Of a stretch of DNA of 64,000 nucleotides, positions 24,965-37,727 are shown one piece after another (positions within the stretch are counted from its first letter, which is position 1; every line of letters starts with the position of its first letter). Under the pieces are notes generated by a model. That model searched no databases. It was given only the letters and a program-made list of their open reading frames with translations, and was not told the origin of the DNA. This stretch comes from Squalus acanthias (lineage: Eukaryota), in assembly GCA_030390025.1 (NCBI GenBank), contig CM059425.1:178686001-178750000 (forward strand). Direction: 5' to 3'. The position numbers and the translations under genes are program-made.

Positions 24965-27686
24965 CTCTTTTTCAATGTTTAGGTTCATATCCAGTAAATT
25001 TTACGAAGTTGCACTCTTGACGTGGAGCTTTATGAGTGCAGAGGTCAGCAGGACTCGCAATGATTTTCTGTCTATGAAAATGAATTAGTTGATGGATGGG
25101 AGATCCTGCAAGGCCCGCTAACCTCCATGCCTTAATTCCTAATGTGTACCCCTGGTGCGCAAATTCATAAAAATTTACCCTTAGGAGTTCAAGGTAAGTG
25201 TTGGGTTTAACTCACGCAACATTCAGTATCCAGGTGGAAAGTGATTTCATTGATTTTAAATACATTTCCCATTGGCCAGTAGAACTGGATACTATGGAAT
25301 GGAAAATCTGTGACCCTCCTGGCGCATTCCTGCCATAACTCGAGTGGGAGTGCGCATGAATGGTTGGGAGTGAGGCTGGGTCCTGACCTTCCCTGCAATT
25401 GGATTTTATTTCGGACGAACCTCTCTCCGCTCAAATAAAATCATCCACATCAGAGGGTATGTGGCCAGGGGGAGGGGTCTTCCAGGTTGGGAGTTTCTTT
25501 GTTCCCAGCCTGGTAGAACAGCAGCAGCCAGTATGTCCAGTGTAAGGAGATACACCGGTCATAGAAAGGTGCAAGTGGGGCCCATCTGAGAGTTCAGGCC
25601 TGGGTTCTGCATTGGACCCTCTACAAAAAAAATTGCCAACATCATCTTTTCAACCACTTTACAAAGGAGGCCCATGTGCAGCATTGCGGGATGTTTTGGG
25701 AGAGACTTCCTCCCAAACCCTGCCCGGAACGGCTAGCTTGTGCCAGAATTACTGACCATCTCAGTGAGACAGGCACCCAAAATGTACCCCTCATGACATA
25801 GGTACCCACGGTTATATTAAAATAAAGTGACCTCTCCTAAACCTGTAAGCTCTGGCAGGGTTGGGAGCAGAGGACACCAGTGGGTGCATCCTGGGACTTA
25901 TGCTGGGATGTTAGGTTGACAGATCTTTAGCCCGCTTACCATTTAAACTGATGAGGAAAGAGCCCTAACCTTTCAAGAGTCCAAGTGAAGAATGAAGTTG
26001 GTTACCTTCAGTAGTTTTCTGTCGAAATGCCTTTCAGGAAGGAAGAATGGGCTAGAAATTGCGGTCAGAGGCGTACCTCCGGAGTACGCCTCCGACCCAC
26101 AAAAGAATTATGAAAGTACCTGCTGGCGGCTAGGCTGCGAAAACTTGTGGTCTCCGGCCTCGAGGCGGAGGGCAGCGTAATGGCCCACAGATCCCAGGGA
26201 CACAGGCGGTGTGGAAGTGTACCTGGGATCACGAAGTCCTGGTCCTCCAATCAATAATCAGAATTAATTTTAATCATTTATGAAGGGAATCCCATAATGA
26301 GATGCAATAGAATCCCGAAATCTAATAATTATACAATTTACAGAATTGGAATTTTATTCGTAATTACCTTCATTCCACCAACCTCACTAAAAATGTAATT
26401 TTTTGATCATTTTATACATCATTAAAACTGTAATCTGGGCCAATATTTGCATAAACTCATTTCATAAAGTGTATGTGCATAATTTAGGCTATGAAAATGT
26501 TTAGTTAATGGCTTAGCTATCCCCTTATGCTGATGCAAACAAGCCCTGTGCCTGCTTGCATCAACCATAAGACTTCAGTATGCAATCGCTGCTCAGTTGG
26601 TGGGCAAATAGCCCAACTCTGTGCTGGTGATTGCTTTTTCATGGCCTCCGTGGATGGCCTGTCAATGCGTATGTTGATAGGCCACAAGTTGTGGATTTCG
26701 CACATGTGCAAGTGCATGTGGATATCCCGAACTTGCAGTGGAGTTCAAAAGGAATACGACAGTGTACTTTTGAGTACACCATCATACACACTGCAATTGC
26801 AGGGCCAATATTTCAGAATGAGATTTTAGATAGGGTAATTAACAGGTGCAAAGTCTTTTGAGAGTGCATCATTGGATCTTTCCTTCACACCCCTAGTTTG
26901 AAGGCAAGCACTGGGCAGGACCTCATTTGATATCTCATCCCAAGGACACTGTGCTCTCTGGTTCAGTCAATAAGATTCAGTGACACAAGCTCATGTGTTA
27001 AAATGTGCATTGTAACGATGGATCACATCTCATTATTTTGGTCCGAATTGATGATGTCGGCTGATTTCCTGCAGGTTAGCATTTACAACATGAGTTGATC
27101 ATTAAAATGACACCATCTACTGCACCAAAAGGTCCTCCAATAGTTTGTGATCAAACTACAATATATAATGTAGAACCCATCCCATAGTTTGCATTTGGGA
27201 AATTATTGAAATTAGTGTTGTATTTGAAAGCAATGTAGTAGCATTGTATATTGATGTACCAGCATGTTTTCTGACATTGTGGTAAGACAGGGGTTTGTAC
27301 TAGGATGAAAAGGACAGTTTAGTTTTAGGGCTGGTTGGCTGGTAATTTTGAGAACTGAAAAATGAACAAAGTGAGTGAAAGCTGCACTGAAAACTGTATG
27401 CATTCACTTGTCTGATGATGCAAGCACAGCTATGAAATACTTCAAATTGTAATGCTGCAGCTGAGGAAATGCCACAGACAGACCACATGTACTGCAGCAC
27501 TCCTTGGCACCCGCTTCTAAGAGTTGACTCACCTGGATCCACACAAAATCTAATGAAAACGCGCAGATGTAACTCTGTGGCCCTGTGCTGTGCCAGATCC
27601 GAAGGGCCAAAACTAAGTAGGGATCCCCCTACCGATTTTTCTGCCTTCCTCTCCTGAAAGTGCTGATTAATGCTGGGTCTAATTTC

Positions 27687-28633
27687 GTTAACGCCTTCAC
27701 TGAAGCATATGAGAGTATGGGCCTTACACTAAACATCCGTAAGACAAAGGTCCTCTACCAACCTGCCCCCGCCACACAGTACTGCCCCCGATTATCAAAG
27801 TCCATCACAAGGCCTTGGACAACGTGGACCACTTTCCATACCTCGGGAGCCTACTGTCAACAAGGGCAGACGTCGATGACGAATTCCAACACCGCCTTCA
27901 GTGTGCCAGTGCAGATCTTCGGTCGCCTGAGGAAGAGAGTGTTTGAAGACCAGGACCTCAAACCCGGCACCAAGCTCATGGTCTGCAGAGCAGTAGTAAT
28001 ACCCACCCTCCTGTATGCCTCAGAGACATGGACTATGTACAGTAGGCACCTCAAAGCACTGGAGAGGTACTACCAACGCTGCCTCCGCAAGATCCTGCAA
28101 ATCCATAGGCAGGATAGGTGCACCAACGTCAGTGTTCTCGCTCAGGCCAACATCCCCAGCATCGAAGCTTTGACCACAATCGATCAGCTCCGATGGATGG
28201 GTCACATCATCCGCATGCCCGATACGAGACTCCCAAAACAAGCGCTCTACTCGGAGCTCCGTCACGGCAACAGAGCCCCAGGTGGGCAGAGGAAATGCTT
28301 CAAGGACACCCTCAAAGCCTCCTTGAAAAAGTGCAACATCTCCACCGACACCTGGGAATCCCTGGCCCAAGACCGCACAAAGTGGAGGAGAAGCATCCGG
28401 GAAGGTGCCGAACACCTCGAGTCTCTTCGCCGGGAGCAAGCGGAAGCCAAGCGCAAACAGCGGAAGGAGCGCACGTCAACCCAAGCACCCCACCCACCCG
28501 CCCCTTCAACCACCGTCTGCCCCACCTGTGACAGAGACTGTAGGTCTCGCATTGGACTCATCAGTCACCTGAGAACTAATTTTTAATGTGGAAGCAAGTC
28601 ATCCTCGGTTCCGAGGGACTGCCTAAGAAGAAG
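27687..28633 (+). mobile_element. RTE-clade LINE 3' fragment, inserted in an LF-SINE-like copy
   Basis: MGLTLNIRKTKVL, TLLYASETW, QLRWMGHIIRMPDTRLPKQALY, and C-terminal CPTC..SRIGLISHLRT. (aag)n tail. Flanks 27635-27686 and 28634-28920 rejoin as one minus-strand SINE. Confidence 0.9.
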
Positions 28634-29310
28634 AATTCCACGGACACAGTCTGCCCATCAATACCTCACCTTAGTGGCCATTATGTGTAAGCCTGAAGAA
28701 TGAGAGCTGGCAGGCATTTTAACTCTGGCACCTTACAGCCAAATCCATCCTCCTCCACCATCCATACTTGAGCGCTTCCTGCAGAGGGGCTGGGTAGCAA
28801 TCATTGCAGGAACGTGGTCTAATTTTCCCTGCCCTCATTCAGCTGCACTGAAACCAATTGTAGCACTCCACATAACCCCATTTGAGATCAATTAACCCTG
28901 ATTGAACATGGGACCATCAATCTGCAGCAACATTTTAAAAATCCAGGCCGCCCAAATGGAAAATCTAGTATATTTTAAAATCTTCCACGCCAATTTTCTC
29001 CCTTCCGCCCCACCAAAGATGTTGATGTTGCCAAGCACCCTCCAGTAACTCACCCAAACATATGGGAGCCCTGAGAGTGATTGTTGGCAGGTTATTCAAA
29101 TGTGGGGGCCACCACAGCTGAGCTTCATGTGGTTGTAAACCACATGTATTTTCAGCAGCAAACTCTGCTGGTTTTCTCCTACTTAACCCAGGAACATTGA
29201 GGCCAAATGTAGCACCGCCAGTGTCTGAGATCAGTTAACTCAGCACAGACCAGGAGTTAAACCCAGGAGGACCTAAGTCTGTATGTCTTAGCTGCTTACT
29301 GGATCAATTC
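28634..29310 (-). mobile_element. Two adjacent decayed LF-SINE-like copies (~28634-28920, ~28990-29310)
   Basis: Repeated motifs attttccc/ttttctcc..ccaattgtagcac/ccaaatgtagcac..tgagatca(a/g)ttaac, homologous to 21631-22010. Confidence 0.6.
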
Positions 29311-29859
29311 TTTGGGCCACAAGCGGAGGTAGGGTAACTTCTGTTTAATGTTAATCAAGTTGATGTATGTTATACCCAATTTCTTTCCCCTTCTCCAACT
29401 CCGCCATCCTGCCCACATTTAGTTTTGGAGTGGTCAAAAGGCAGCAAGCTTAATTTGTACCCATTGTTCCTCACAGTATGAGTTCTTGCTCTTATCCATG
29501 AGATCAGGGCAGGTAGTGAGCCTGGGCACAGGGAGGGAAATTCAGGGGGCATCACCCCAAGCTACCTTTGTGCACTTCCCAGGTTCAAGAGGCGGATTGG
29601 TAAAGACCTACGTGGTTTGTCCTGGGAGGAACTTAGAAATTGTGTGAAAAATCATTATTAATAAAAGAGGAAATTAGCTGCAGAAATATTACTTAGAAAG
29701 ATTGCTGAACAAGTCAACTCAGCTCAATTATCAGCTGAGGTGCTTCATACAGCAATGTCATCAGGGCTTTAGCAGCACATACCTAATAATGTATAGTTAG
29801 CAATAAAACCGCCAGAGCAAAGGGCCTGAAATTGTACAGATTTTGTCTTTCCTTGTGTC

Positions 29860-30670
29860 AGTTTTCTCCCTTTATTCCTCATCAGGAGTGAGTGCAGCAC
29901 AGGCCCGTGAGTAGCAGTTGCCCTCCAGTACCTCAATCAAGTGGCTATTCCTTAGAGTATGGATTGTGGGCTATTCTTTTTATCTGTCAGAATTCTTCCC
30001 TCTTGTTCTCCCCTGAAGCATTGACTCCTTGTTGGGATATAGGTCCATGGGCACTGGCTGCCCTCTGGTACCTCACCCAACTGGTCATTATTATGAGTGA
30101 GCCTACCCCATAGTGAGTGCCAGCGTGCTAATCGCCTGTGAAAGCATTATAGCTGACCCTGATCTTGTTCTCATCTGATGTAGGCAAAAGTGCACCTCCA
30201 CAAGTGGTCAGGGAATTCTGTCTGATTTCCCCCTCTCTGGCAGGGGAGCTAATTATAGTCTAGTGCCCCACTTGAAATCAGCAAAGATCAGGGATCGAAA
30301 CTTGGCTCAGCTGTTCATTGGAAAAATTCACGGAGACATTGGGGGAATCCTGTCAATGGGTGATTGAGTATTGGAGCCATCACAACCATCCCTGATCCTG
30401 CCTTTGGTCAACGTTAACTTGTATACACCATCCAGTAGAGGTCTCTCGCAAACAAACAGGAGGAAACACTCTGGTTGTTTTTTTTCCTCTTTCTACCCCA
30501 GGAACTCTGAGACTAATTGTAGTGTGCATCCCCTCTCTTTCCCACACCCTTCCTCAAGGTCATGGTTAAGATTAACTCAGTACAGACCAGTGAAATGCAA
30601 TATTCCCCTTGGGATTGATCCCTGGACTCTCCTGGTCTATATGGCTCTGTATTACACCATGCGATGCATT
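29860..30670 (-). mobile_element. Cluster of decayed LF-SINE-like fragments (~29860-29970, ~29990-30320, ~30370-30670)
   Basis: ctgccctc(c/t)(a/g)gtacctca..tgg(c/t)(t/c)att motif occurs twice; gggattgatccctggactctcctggtctatatggctc is the reverse of the SINE head. Confidence 0.6.
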
Positions 30671-32284
30671 AGTCACCGCGCTTCAAAATAGTAATTCATT
30701 GCGTGAGGCACTTTTGAGATATTCTGACATGATAAGGCTTTATATAAATGTATTATTATTTCAACCACTGAATGAAATGCTCCAGATTAACCTAAAAGTA
30801 GATATACATAAAGAGCTTTTCCATATAATTTGTTTTGACAGTAGTCATATCTTGCAACTGCATTCCACTGGCTGGAAGTTACTGGAAGCATTATTCTGAA
30901 ATATAGCTGCAATCTAAAGTCATTGTTTAGTCTTTTTGTTTGTTGTTGAAATATTAGGCTAGATTTTGCGAGTGAGGGTCTGACATAGGGCTATAACACA
31001 ATAAGGCTTATCCTGTAACCCACACTCCCACCCATGCCAGGAGCAGAACATGCCAAAATTGACCATATTATGGATATTTAAATTTTATTCATCCAGGTTT
31101 ATGAAGGGTGACAATCACTTTAAATGTATTACATTGGGGTATACGAGGCTGGTAATTCTGTACATTAAGAAAGGTTCGGTCATTCTTTATATGAATTTCC
31201 CCTGAATTTGCAGCATCCCTAGTTGCCCTTCTCAAGGGCAATGAGGGACGGGCAATAAATGCTGGCCTTGCCCATATGCGAATAAAAAAAAATTAAACAC
31301 CACAGAAAATCAGTTCAGCACCTGTCACGCGACAAGTAAGACACATGCGTTCTGAAAATCACTGAGGGCATAAAGAATTAATACAGGTTCTTTAAAAGCA
31401 GTAATTACAGGTCTTTAAAGGTGAAGATTTAGTATAGGTTTTGAAACTTGTTTGTAAAAATGAATTTTCACTGTTGCAGTTACATTAAAGTCAGGAAACT
31501 TTTGTTGTCAGATAAATTTCACTTATATTTGTGCAGGATCCAAACATTGCAAAATTTAATTGGCGACAAAAATTTTCTAATTTAGAGGTGATAGTCTGTC
31601 TGGAATACAGATTGAGAAAACAGATCTTAGTTGGAGAGAGCTGGATATTTTTCCCTTGTTCTGATTGTACTTATTCTGGAGAAGCAGCCTTGTGCAGTTC
31701 AGTACAGTATAATGTGGAATGCATTCGCATGTGAATAAATATTTACACAACACTGGAGTTAAAACAATAGTTGTCAGTGTTCTTTGTTAAATGCATATTT
31801 CAATTGAACTGCACTGAGAGAATCTAATGAGTAGAAACATTTTAAAAACAGGGATTGAAAGATAAACTGTAAATAGGTTTTTAAATTTCGATAATGAAGG
31901 GAGAAAATTCAGTAGGAAAATATGTTGAGGGAATGAGCGCCATTAAAGTGACATTTACAAATGGTGCTGATGAGAGACATTAATAGGATTAAGGATTAAT
32001 TAGATAAAAGTAACCTACAGGGCTTACGGCCCATCGTGTCTGTGCCGGCCGAAAAAAACCGATCCAGCCTAATCCCACTTTCCAGCTCTTGGTCCGTAGC
32101 CCTGCAGGTTACTTTTTTTTCCAAAGTAATGCTTTTCACATCTTCTCAAATATCTAATTAATCCTTTTAGGCTAGACGATTCCTTTTAGACTGGTCTTTC
32201 ACTTCACCCAACTTTCCTTTCTCCTCTTTCTCTTTTAGACTATTGTAGAAGTAGCACGTGCTCTGAGAGCATTTCACAGGATGC

Positions 32285-32713
32285 AGTGCTAGTGTTCTCA
32301 CACCAAATCCTGTTCACTCTCACCCCTGTGCTCGCTGACCTACATTGGCCTCACCCCTCCCTATCTATGTAACCTCCTTCAGCCCTACAACCCTTCGAGA
32401 TCTCTATGTTCCTCAAATTCTCGCCTTTTAAGCATCCCCAATTTTTGTCACTCCACCATTAGCAGCCGTGCCTTTAACTTCCAAGGTCCTAAGCTCTGGA
32501 ATTCCCTCCCTACCCTCTCCTCATCTTTACCTCTCTTTCCTCCTTTAAGATGCTCCTTAAAACCTACCTCTTTGACCAAGCTTATATGGTCAACTGTCCT
32601 AATATCTCCTTATGTGGCTCGGTGTCAAATTTTGTTTTATAACGCTCCTGTGAAGCGCCTTGGGATGTTTTACTATGTTAAAGGCGCTATATAAATAGAA
32701 GTTGTTGTTGTTG
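32285..32713 (+). mobile_element. L2-clade LINE 3' end
   Basis: Matches 4370-4856 (cacccctgtgctcgctgacctacattgg..aaggcgctatataaata..gttgttgttgttg). Confidence 0.9.
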
Positions 32714-32949
32714 CTGTCTGGAAAAGTTAGATTTTATAGCATTGATTTTAATGAGAGTTTAGTAAAAGGTTCATCTTCTTTAACTATAAACACCTTTAAG
32801 ACAAAATACACCCCTTTGAGGGTTACCTTTGGAAAAACTAGAATTCCAATCCCCTTGAAGAAGAAGTGAATTTTAAGGCCATTGCATAAGGTTAAATATA
32901 CAATGATTCTCAACCCATACTCCCCAGTTTAGGTAAAAATGTTCTGGTT

Positions 32950-33310
32950 TTAACAGTGCTAAATAGCCTGGCTGCATTTCAGTGTCCATTCAAGCAACTA
33001 TTCTTCATATGTGAGTGTAGACAGTATTAGTGAACTATTCACTGTAGGGGACATCACAGCCAAGCCCATTCCTGTACACATCTAATATCCAAACAATAGT
33101 ACTTTTCAGCAGGGATCAGTGGATTGGGTCAAGAACGAGTCAGCTGACTGATTTTTTCCCTCTTCCGTAGCCCAGAGGAACTGAGACAATTCTACTACCA
33201 CTGCCGTCACTGAGATCAGCTCATTCAGCAAGACCAGGGATCACACCTGGCACTTTTAGTATCTGTATGGATCAGTACCAGACCAGATGATGCAGTTACA
33301 CAGTGAGCTA
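32950..33310 (-). mobile_element. LF-SINE-like element
   Basis: tattcttcatatgtgag..ctgattttttccctc..tagcccag..ctgagatcagctcattcagca..ccagggatcacacctgg..tctgtatggatcagtacca. Confidence 0.7.
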
Positions 33311-34785
33311 TCTGGGAAGCTGGAAGCATGAATTGTAAAGCCATAATACATGGTTGAGAATGGCAATTATTCTTATTCATACTCCTCAGCATTTGCTAAT
33401 ACTAAAACCATGGCTTCCTGCAACCTCTTTAATAGTATGGGTTGCATACAGTACCAGGTCTATATTCTGTACTTCTCTCTGGAATGCACTCAACCACCTG
33501 GTCATATCTATTTCAGGTTAACAAAAGTAACCTTGCAAGTGTGAAAAGAACGGTGTCAGATCTCAATAGAGTATATTGTTAATCAGCAATTCATCCACTG
33601 TGATTGTATTAGAACTTCCGAGGGGGAGTCAGTGATGGTTGAAGTCTCACCCACATGAAATGAGGCACTGAAAAATTTAGGCAGTAATAGCAAGTTGGAA
33701 TTATTACCAGTGTCATAATAAAATGATATTCGTGCAAATACCGGAACTAAAACTGACAGAGCTCAGATAAGATGGGTAAAAAAAAAATGTTGAAGTGAGC
33801 TTCTCAAGAGCTCACAAGAGAACTGCATTGTATGATGTGATACTGAGTTGTACAGACAGGATTTGATCTCCAGTTGACTAAGGCAGCACCCCAGGCTAGG
33901 GAGAAGGAAAAAACAGCAAGGATTCCTGTTTCTGATCACTGTTCAATACACCCTTCCAGAAAATACAGTGTGTACTTCGATGGAGACAGAATTGGGTTGG
34001 TTATGAAGCCCTTCCCTTATGTGCACGGGCATGAGAGATGCCACCCTGCCCAGAAACCTAGTTGAAGCATGGACCACACAAACCAAAACTAAAATTTTGC
34101 TGCCTCAATTTATGTTTTCTTAAAACAATTAACAACTTATAATTGATTATCCAGCTCTAAACTGGACAGGTGGCAACCATAGGGCAAAATAATGTAAAAC
34201 TGCATTCATATCGGGCCTATTCAAATCTTCAGGATGTCCCAAAGAATGTCACAATCAAAGACTTGCTTTGTAGGTAAACATAGCAACCAATATGCAGACA
34301 GCAAGTTCCCAAAAAACAGTAAACGAGATGAATGTCTAGCTAAGCTGGCTTTGTTTGAGTGACGAATATTGGCCAGAACAGCAGGAGAACTCCCCACTCT
34401 TCTCCATATAATGTCATGGAATCTCCTACAACCACCTGAACAAATAGGGCCTCAGTTTAACCTCTTATCTGACAATACAACACTCCAACAGTACTGTACT
34501 GAAATGCCAGGCTATATTATGTACTTTAGTCCAGTGAGAACAGAGGTAATAGTTGAGCAGGACTTTCTGCAGGACACAATATTTGCAGCAGAGATTTCGA
34601 CAAGTTGGAGCTTGTGGAAGGTGGGAGAGATGGCAAGCCAGCAAGAGGACAAATTAAGTAGTTATATCTTGAGATGATAAAAACATGTATCTGGGTTTCA
34701 GCGGTAGAGGGACTGGAGTAGGGATGAAGATTGGCAATGTTACAGAGGTGGAAATAGGCGGCTGTTGTGATGGAGAGGACATAAA

Positions 34786-36855
34786 TGCCTAGAAATTGGA
34801 TACCGTTGGAAAACGGCCATGAACACCGCGATGCGAGATATGCTGCGCCCATTTAAAAAGTGCAGGCAGCACACCAATTTCGTGCTGTCTGCTAATTACC
34901 ATGATTGTAGTGCACAACCTAGCATGGAAAGCGCTGCTGACAGTCTGTGCGCTCAGTTGAGGGCTGAAGTTCGCTTTGCTGGACGAGGCTAGCTTTACTT
35001 AAAGCTTTACTTAAAGCTAGCCTGCTCTTCTTCAAGGCAGTCTGCACCTCCTAAAGGTGAGCTGCCTTCTGCTGATCAAAAATGCTAAAAGTGCTTCACC
35101 AGTAGCACAAATTGTTCAACAGGCCAGGGAAAGGGCACCCAGGGTCTCGGATGCAGCACTTGAGCTTTGTGCAGGGAGTCTACACTGGAAGAGAGGTCCT
35201 CTACCCACAGGAGGCCAGGAGGCCCACCAGAAGAAGGGTGTGGGACCAGATCGTTGAGGTGGTCACTGCCAGCAGTGTCGCCCCCAGGACTTGCCTCCAG
35301 TGCCCAAAGAAGTTTCACGACCTCAGACGCCATCAAAAGCCATCTCCTACCAACTGCACCACGAGCCTCACTCACTGCTCAATTCACGGGCACCCCCATC
35401 ACTCACCTACCAGCAATCTGTACCAAACATGAGGCAAACTTCATATTCCTAGCTTCACCTCAGCCCCATGGAGGAGACGGTGGTGGCCATTCTTGGCAGA
35501 GGCGTGGCTGAGCCCTTGGCCAGCGGCGGGACTGAAAGAATATAAGATGCTTGTATCCTCAAACATTATCCTCCTTCTCACATCCCACATCCCCCTCATC
35601 CCACAATATCCTCTGATTTACAAGCTGCACATGGTGTAAGCATGTACCTCTTGCTTTACCCCTCTGTCCCCTCACCACAACCCTACCCTTGATCCTCCCT
35701 CATTTCACACACCCAAGAAATCCAGCCTGCTCAGCCAGTGGTTGACCAAGAAGAGGGAGAGGAGAGTGAAGAAGAAGAAGAAACACCGTCACTCGATTTC
35801 ACACTCCCAGCCACCAGCTCCTCAAGGTTGACCAGCAAGGCCATCTGCAGTGTCCCCCACTGAAAGTCAGCAGCCTTCCACTAGCCATGCTGCAGCCACT
35901 GGGGTAGCATTGCGTAACAGCACTAGGATAGGCAAAGGCACAAGCAATACCCTCACTGAGGGAATGCACAAGGGTGATTAGTTGATTTTTTGATGTAATA
36001 TTGGATGCATATATGGATAAAGTTGGATTGGAAAGTTTGCTTTGTGGTGGTATTTATTTCAGCATTGTGGCCAAGAGGACGCTGTGATGGTCAGTAACAG
36101 AGGGAAGGTAAGGTGTGGGACAAATGTTGAAAGGGGAATTGGGGTTGTGTTCACTGGTACCGCAGGCGGATCATTCGATCCTGGATATCCCGGCCAGATA
36201 GGGGCTGTCTGGGTTGCCTCCTTCCTTCCTTCTCCTCTTCCTCTTTTGCTTCATCCTCTTCTGCTTCCTCCGCTCTCTGCGAGCAGCTTGTCCCCTTTGC
36301 TGCCTCTGCTCTATCTCCAAGAAATTGTGCAGCCCAAGGGGGAGCGTAACTAGAGCCCCAGGACTGGGAGCAAGTGGTCTTCTCAAAAGCCTTCCTTTAA
36401 GAGCCAAAGCCTTGCAAATGCCCAGCAGCACTCCTTGCACACTTTAACAACTTTTTTAATGTATTGCACCAAGCCATTATTCCAATAAAATGTAAAGGAA
36501 CCAGTCGAAAAGCAAAAATCTAAACTTACCTGAAAGTTGTGTGTGTCCCTTTAAGAAGCGCTGGCAGTGGCTCGGTTGCACTGCTGCACGCACGTTCTTT
36601 CGTGCATGGTTTGGAGAGGGCTTTATTAAGAGCGGCGATGTCCAAAATCACAGATCGTGCATCAATTCAGGTGTTGCATGCCGATTGACATCACGATCTG
36701 GATCATTTAAATATGGGAAGCGAGTGCAGGGAACGGCAGCATTGCCGACTTACCCAAAATGGCGGCCGCCGTGTTATGCGCCGGTAGTGAGGCGGCTGCC
36801 ATTTTTCTTCAAAACCCGGCTTGACGTCCGCGCTAAAGGCTCCAATTTCCCAGCC
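34786..36855 (+). mobile_element. PIF/Harbinger-type non-autonomous transposon (~2.1 kb) with Myb/SANT-like remnant
   Basis: Imperfect TIRs tgcctagaaattgga / tccaatttcccagcc. Frameshifted QARERAPRVSDAAL..REVLYP..VWDQIVEVVTASSVAPRTCLQCPKKFHDL (35110-35330). Two more copies at 55254-57265 and 57745-60808. Sits within an old minus-strand L2 fragment. Confidence 0.8.
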
Positions 36856-36989
36856 AGAGTCTTTAAATAAGCTTAGGTTAGATCATTCTGGTTCAGTCTT
36901 AGCGAGTGGTCGAGGAGAGGTATAGAATTGGTGGCAAGAAGGAAAGGTTTTTGTTGGCATTGAACACATGTCAAGCTGGAAGAAATTAA

Positions 36990-37727
36990 GGGAGAAAAAT
37001 TGAGTTGTGCCCCCTTTGGGGCGCTAACTTCACCGGGGCGCTACTTTTAGCGCCCTGAAAAAATTAGCGCCCCCACGGCCGAAATTCACTGGTAGCGCCC
37101 CACGAGGGAAGCAGGGTGCTACTGGAAGCGCCCCGCCTCCCTCTTGGGGCGCTGTGAGTGAATATCGCGACATCGTGCTGCGGTACTGCAGGCCTTCCTT
37201 CCCTTCATAAAGGGGAGGGGCCTACCGCAACGCGACCCAGGGCCCAGCTGGGCCACCAGGGATCGAGAGTGCCGGCAAAAGAGCCCGGCACTCAAGAGGA
37301 ATGCCGGGCTCACGGTGCGCAGCCGGCACTCCGCGGTGGGGCTGCAGAGGAGGCTGGGGACGGCAGAGGGGGCAGGTGCTGGCAGGCGGCCAGCATCAAA
37401 AATGGCCGCCCGGCACCTCCCCTTTAATTAGCGCCGCTCAGGCCGCAGGTAGGCCCCCTGACCCCGTCGGACATAGCGTCCGGCGGTAAGTCGGGGGCGC
37501 TACCGAAGATCGCGGCCAGGGCGCAAGCGGGGCGCTGTGCACAGAGATTACATCATCGGCGGCGACGCAGCGCCGCGGGGCGCTAACGGTTACCGCCGCT
37601 GCTAACTTCCCACTGAATTTCGCGGCAGGTGTTGGCGGCACCACGCCCAGGCGCTAGTTGCTTTGCGCCCCGTTAGCGCCCTCTTAGGGCGCTAACAGGA
37701 GGCGCAAAGCAACCGAATTTTTAGGCC
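36990..37727. mobile_element. GC/CpG-rich MITE, PIF/Harbinger-type
   Basis: Ends gggagaaaaattgag / cgaatttttaggcc with TSD TAA (36987-36989, 37728-37730). Close homolog at 62664-63267. Confidence 0.8.

Noticed and set aside
25948..25982. ctgatgag-gaaag..ctttc hairpin resembling a hammerhead
   Set aside because: No GAAA box after the stem and no PLE context.
26517..26861. Overlapping ORFs of 66-100 aa
   Set aside because: No recognisable domain; the DNA resembles the hairpin repeat at 61775-61960.
28020..28561. Several alternative-frame and antisense ORFs
   Set aside because: Shadows of the RTE ORF in GC-rich coding-derived DNA; the same applies to antisense ORFs over the CR1, L2 and PLE copies.
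36990..37727. CpG-island-like promoter candidate
   Set aside because: Bounded by TIRs and a TAA TSD and repeated at 62664-63267, so it is a MITE.
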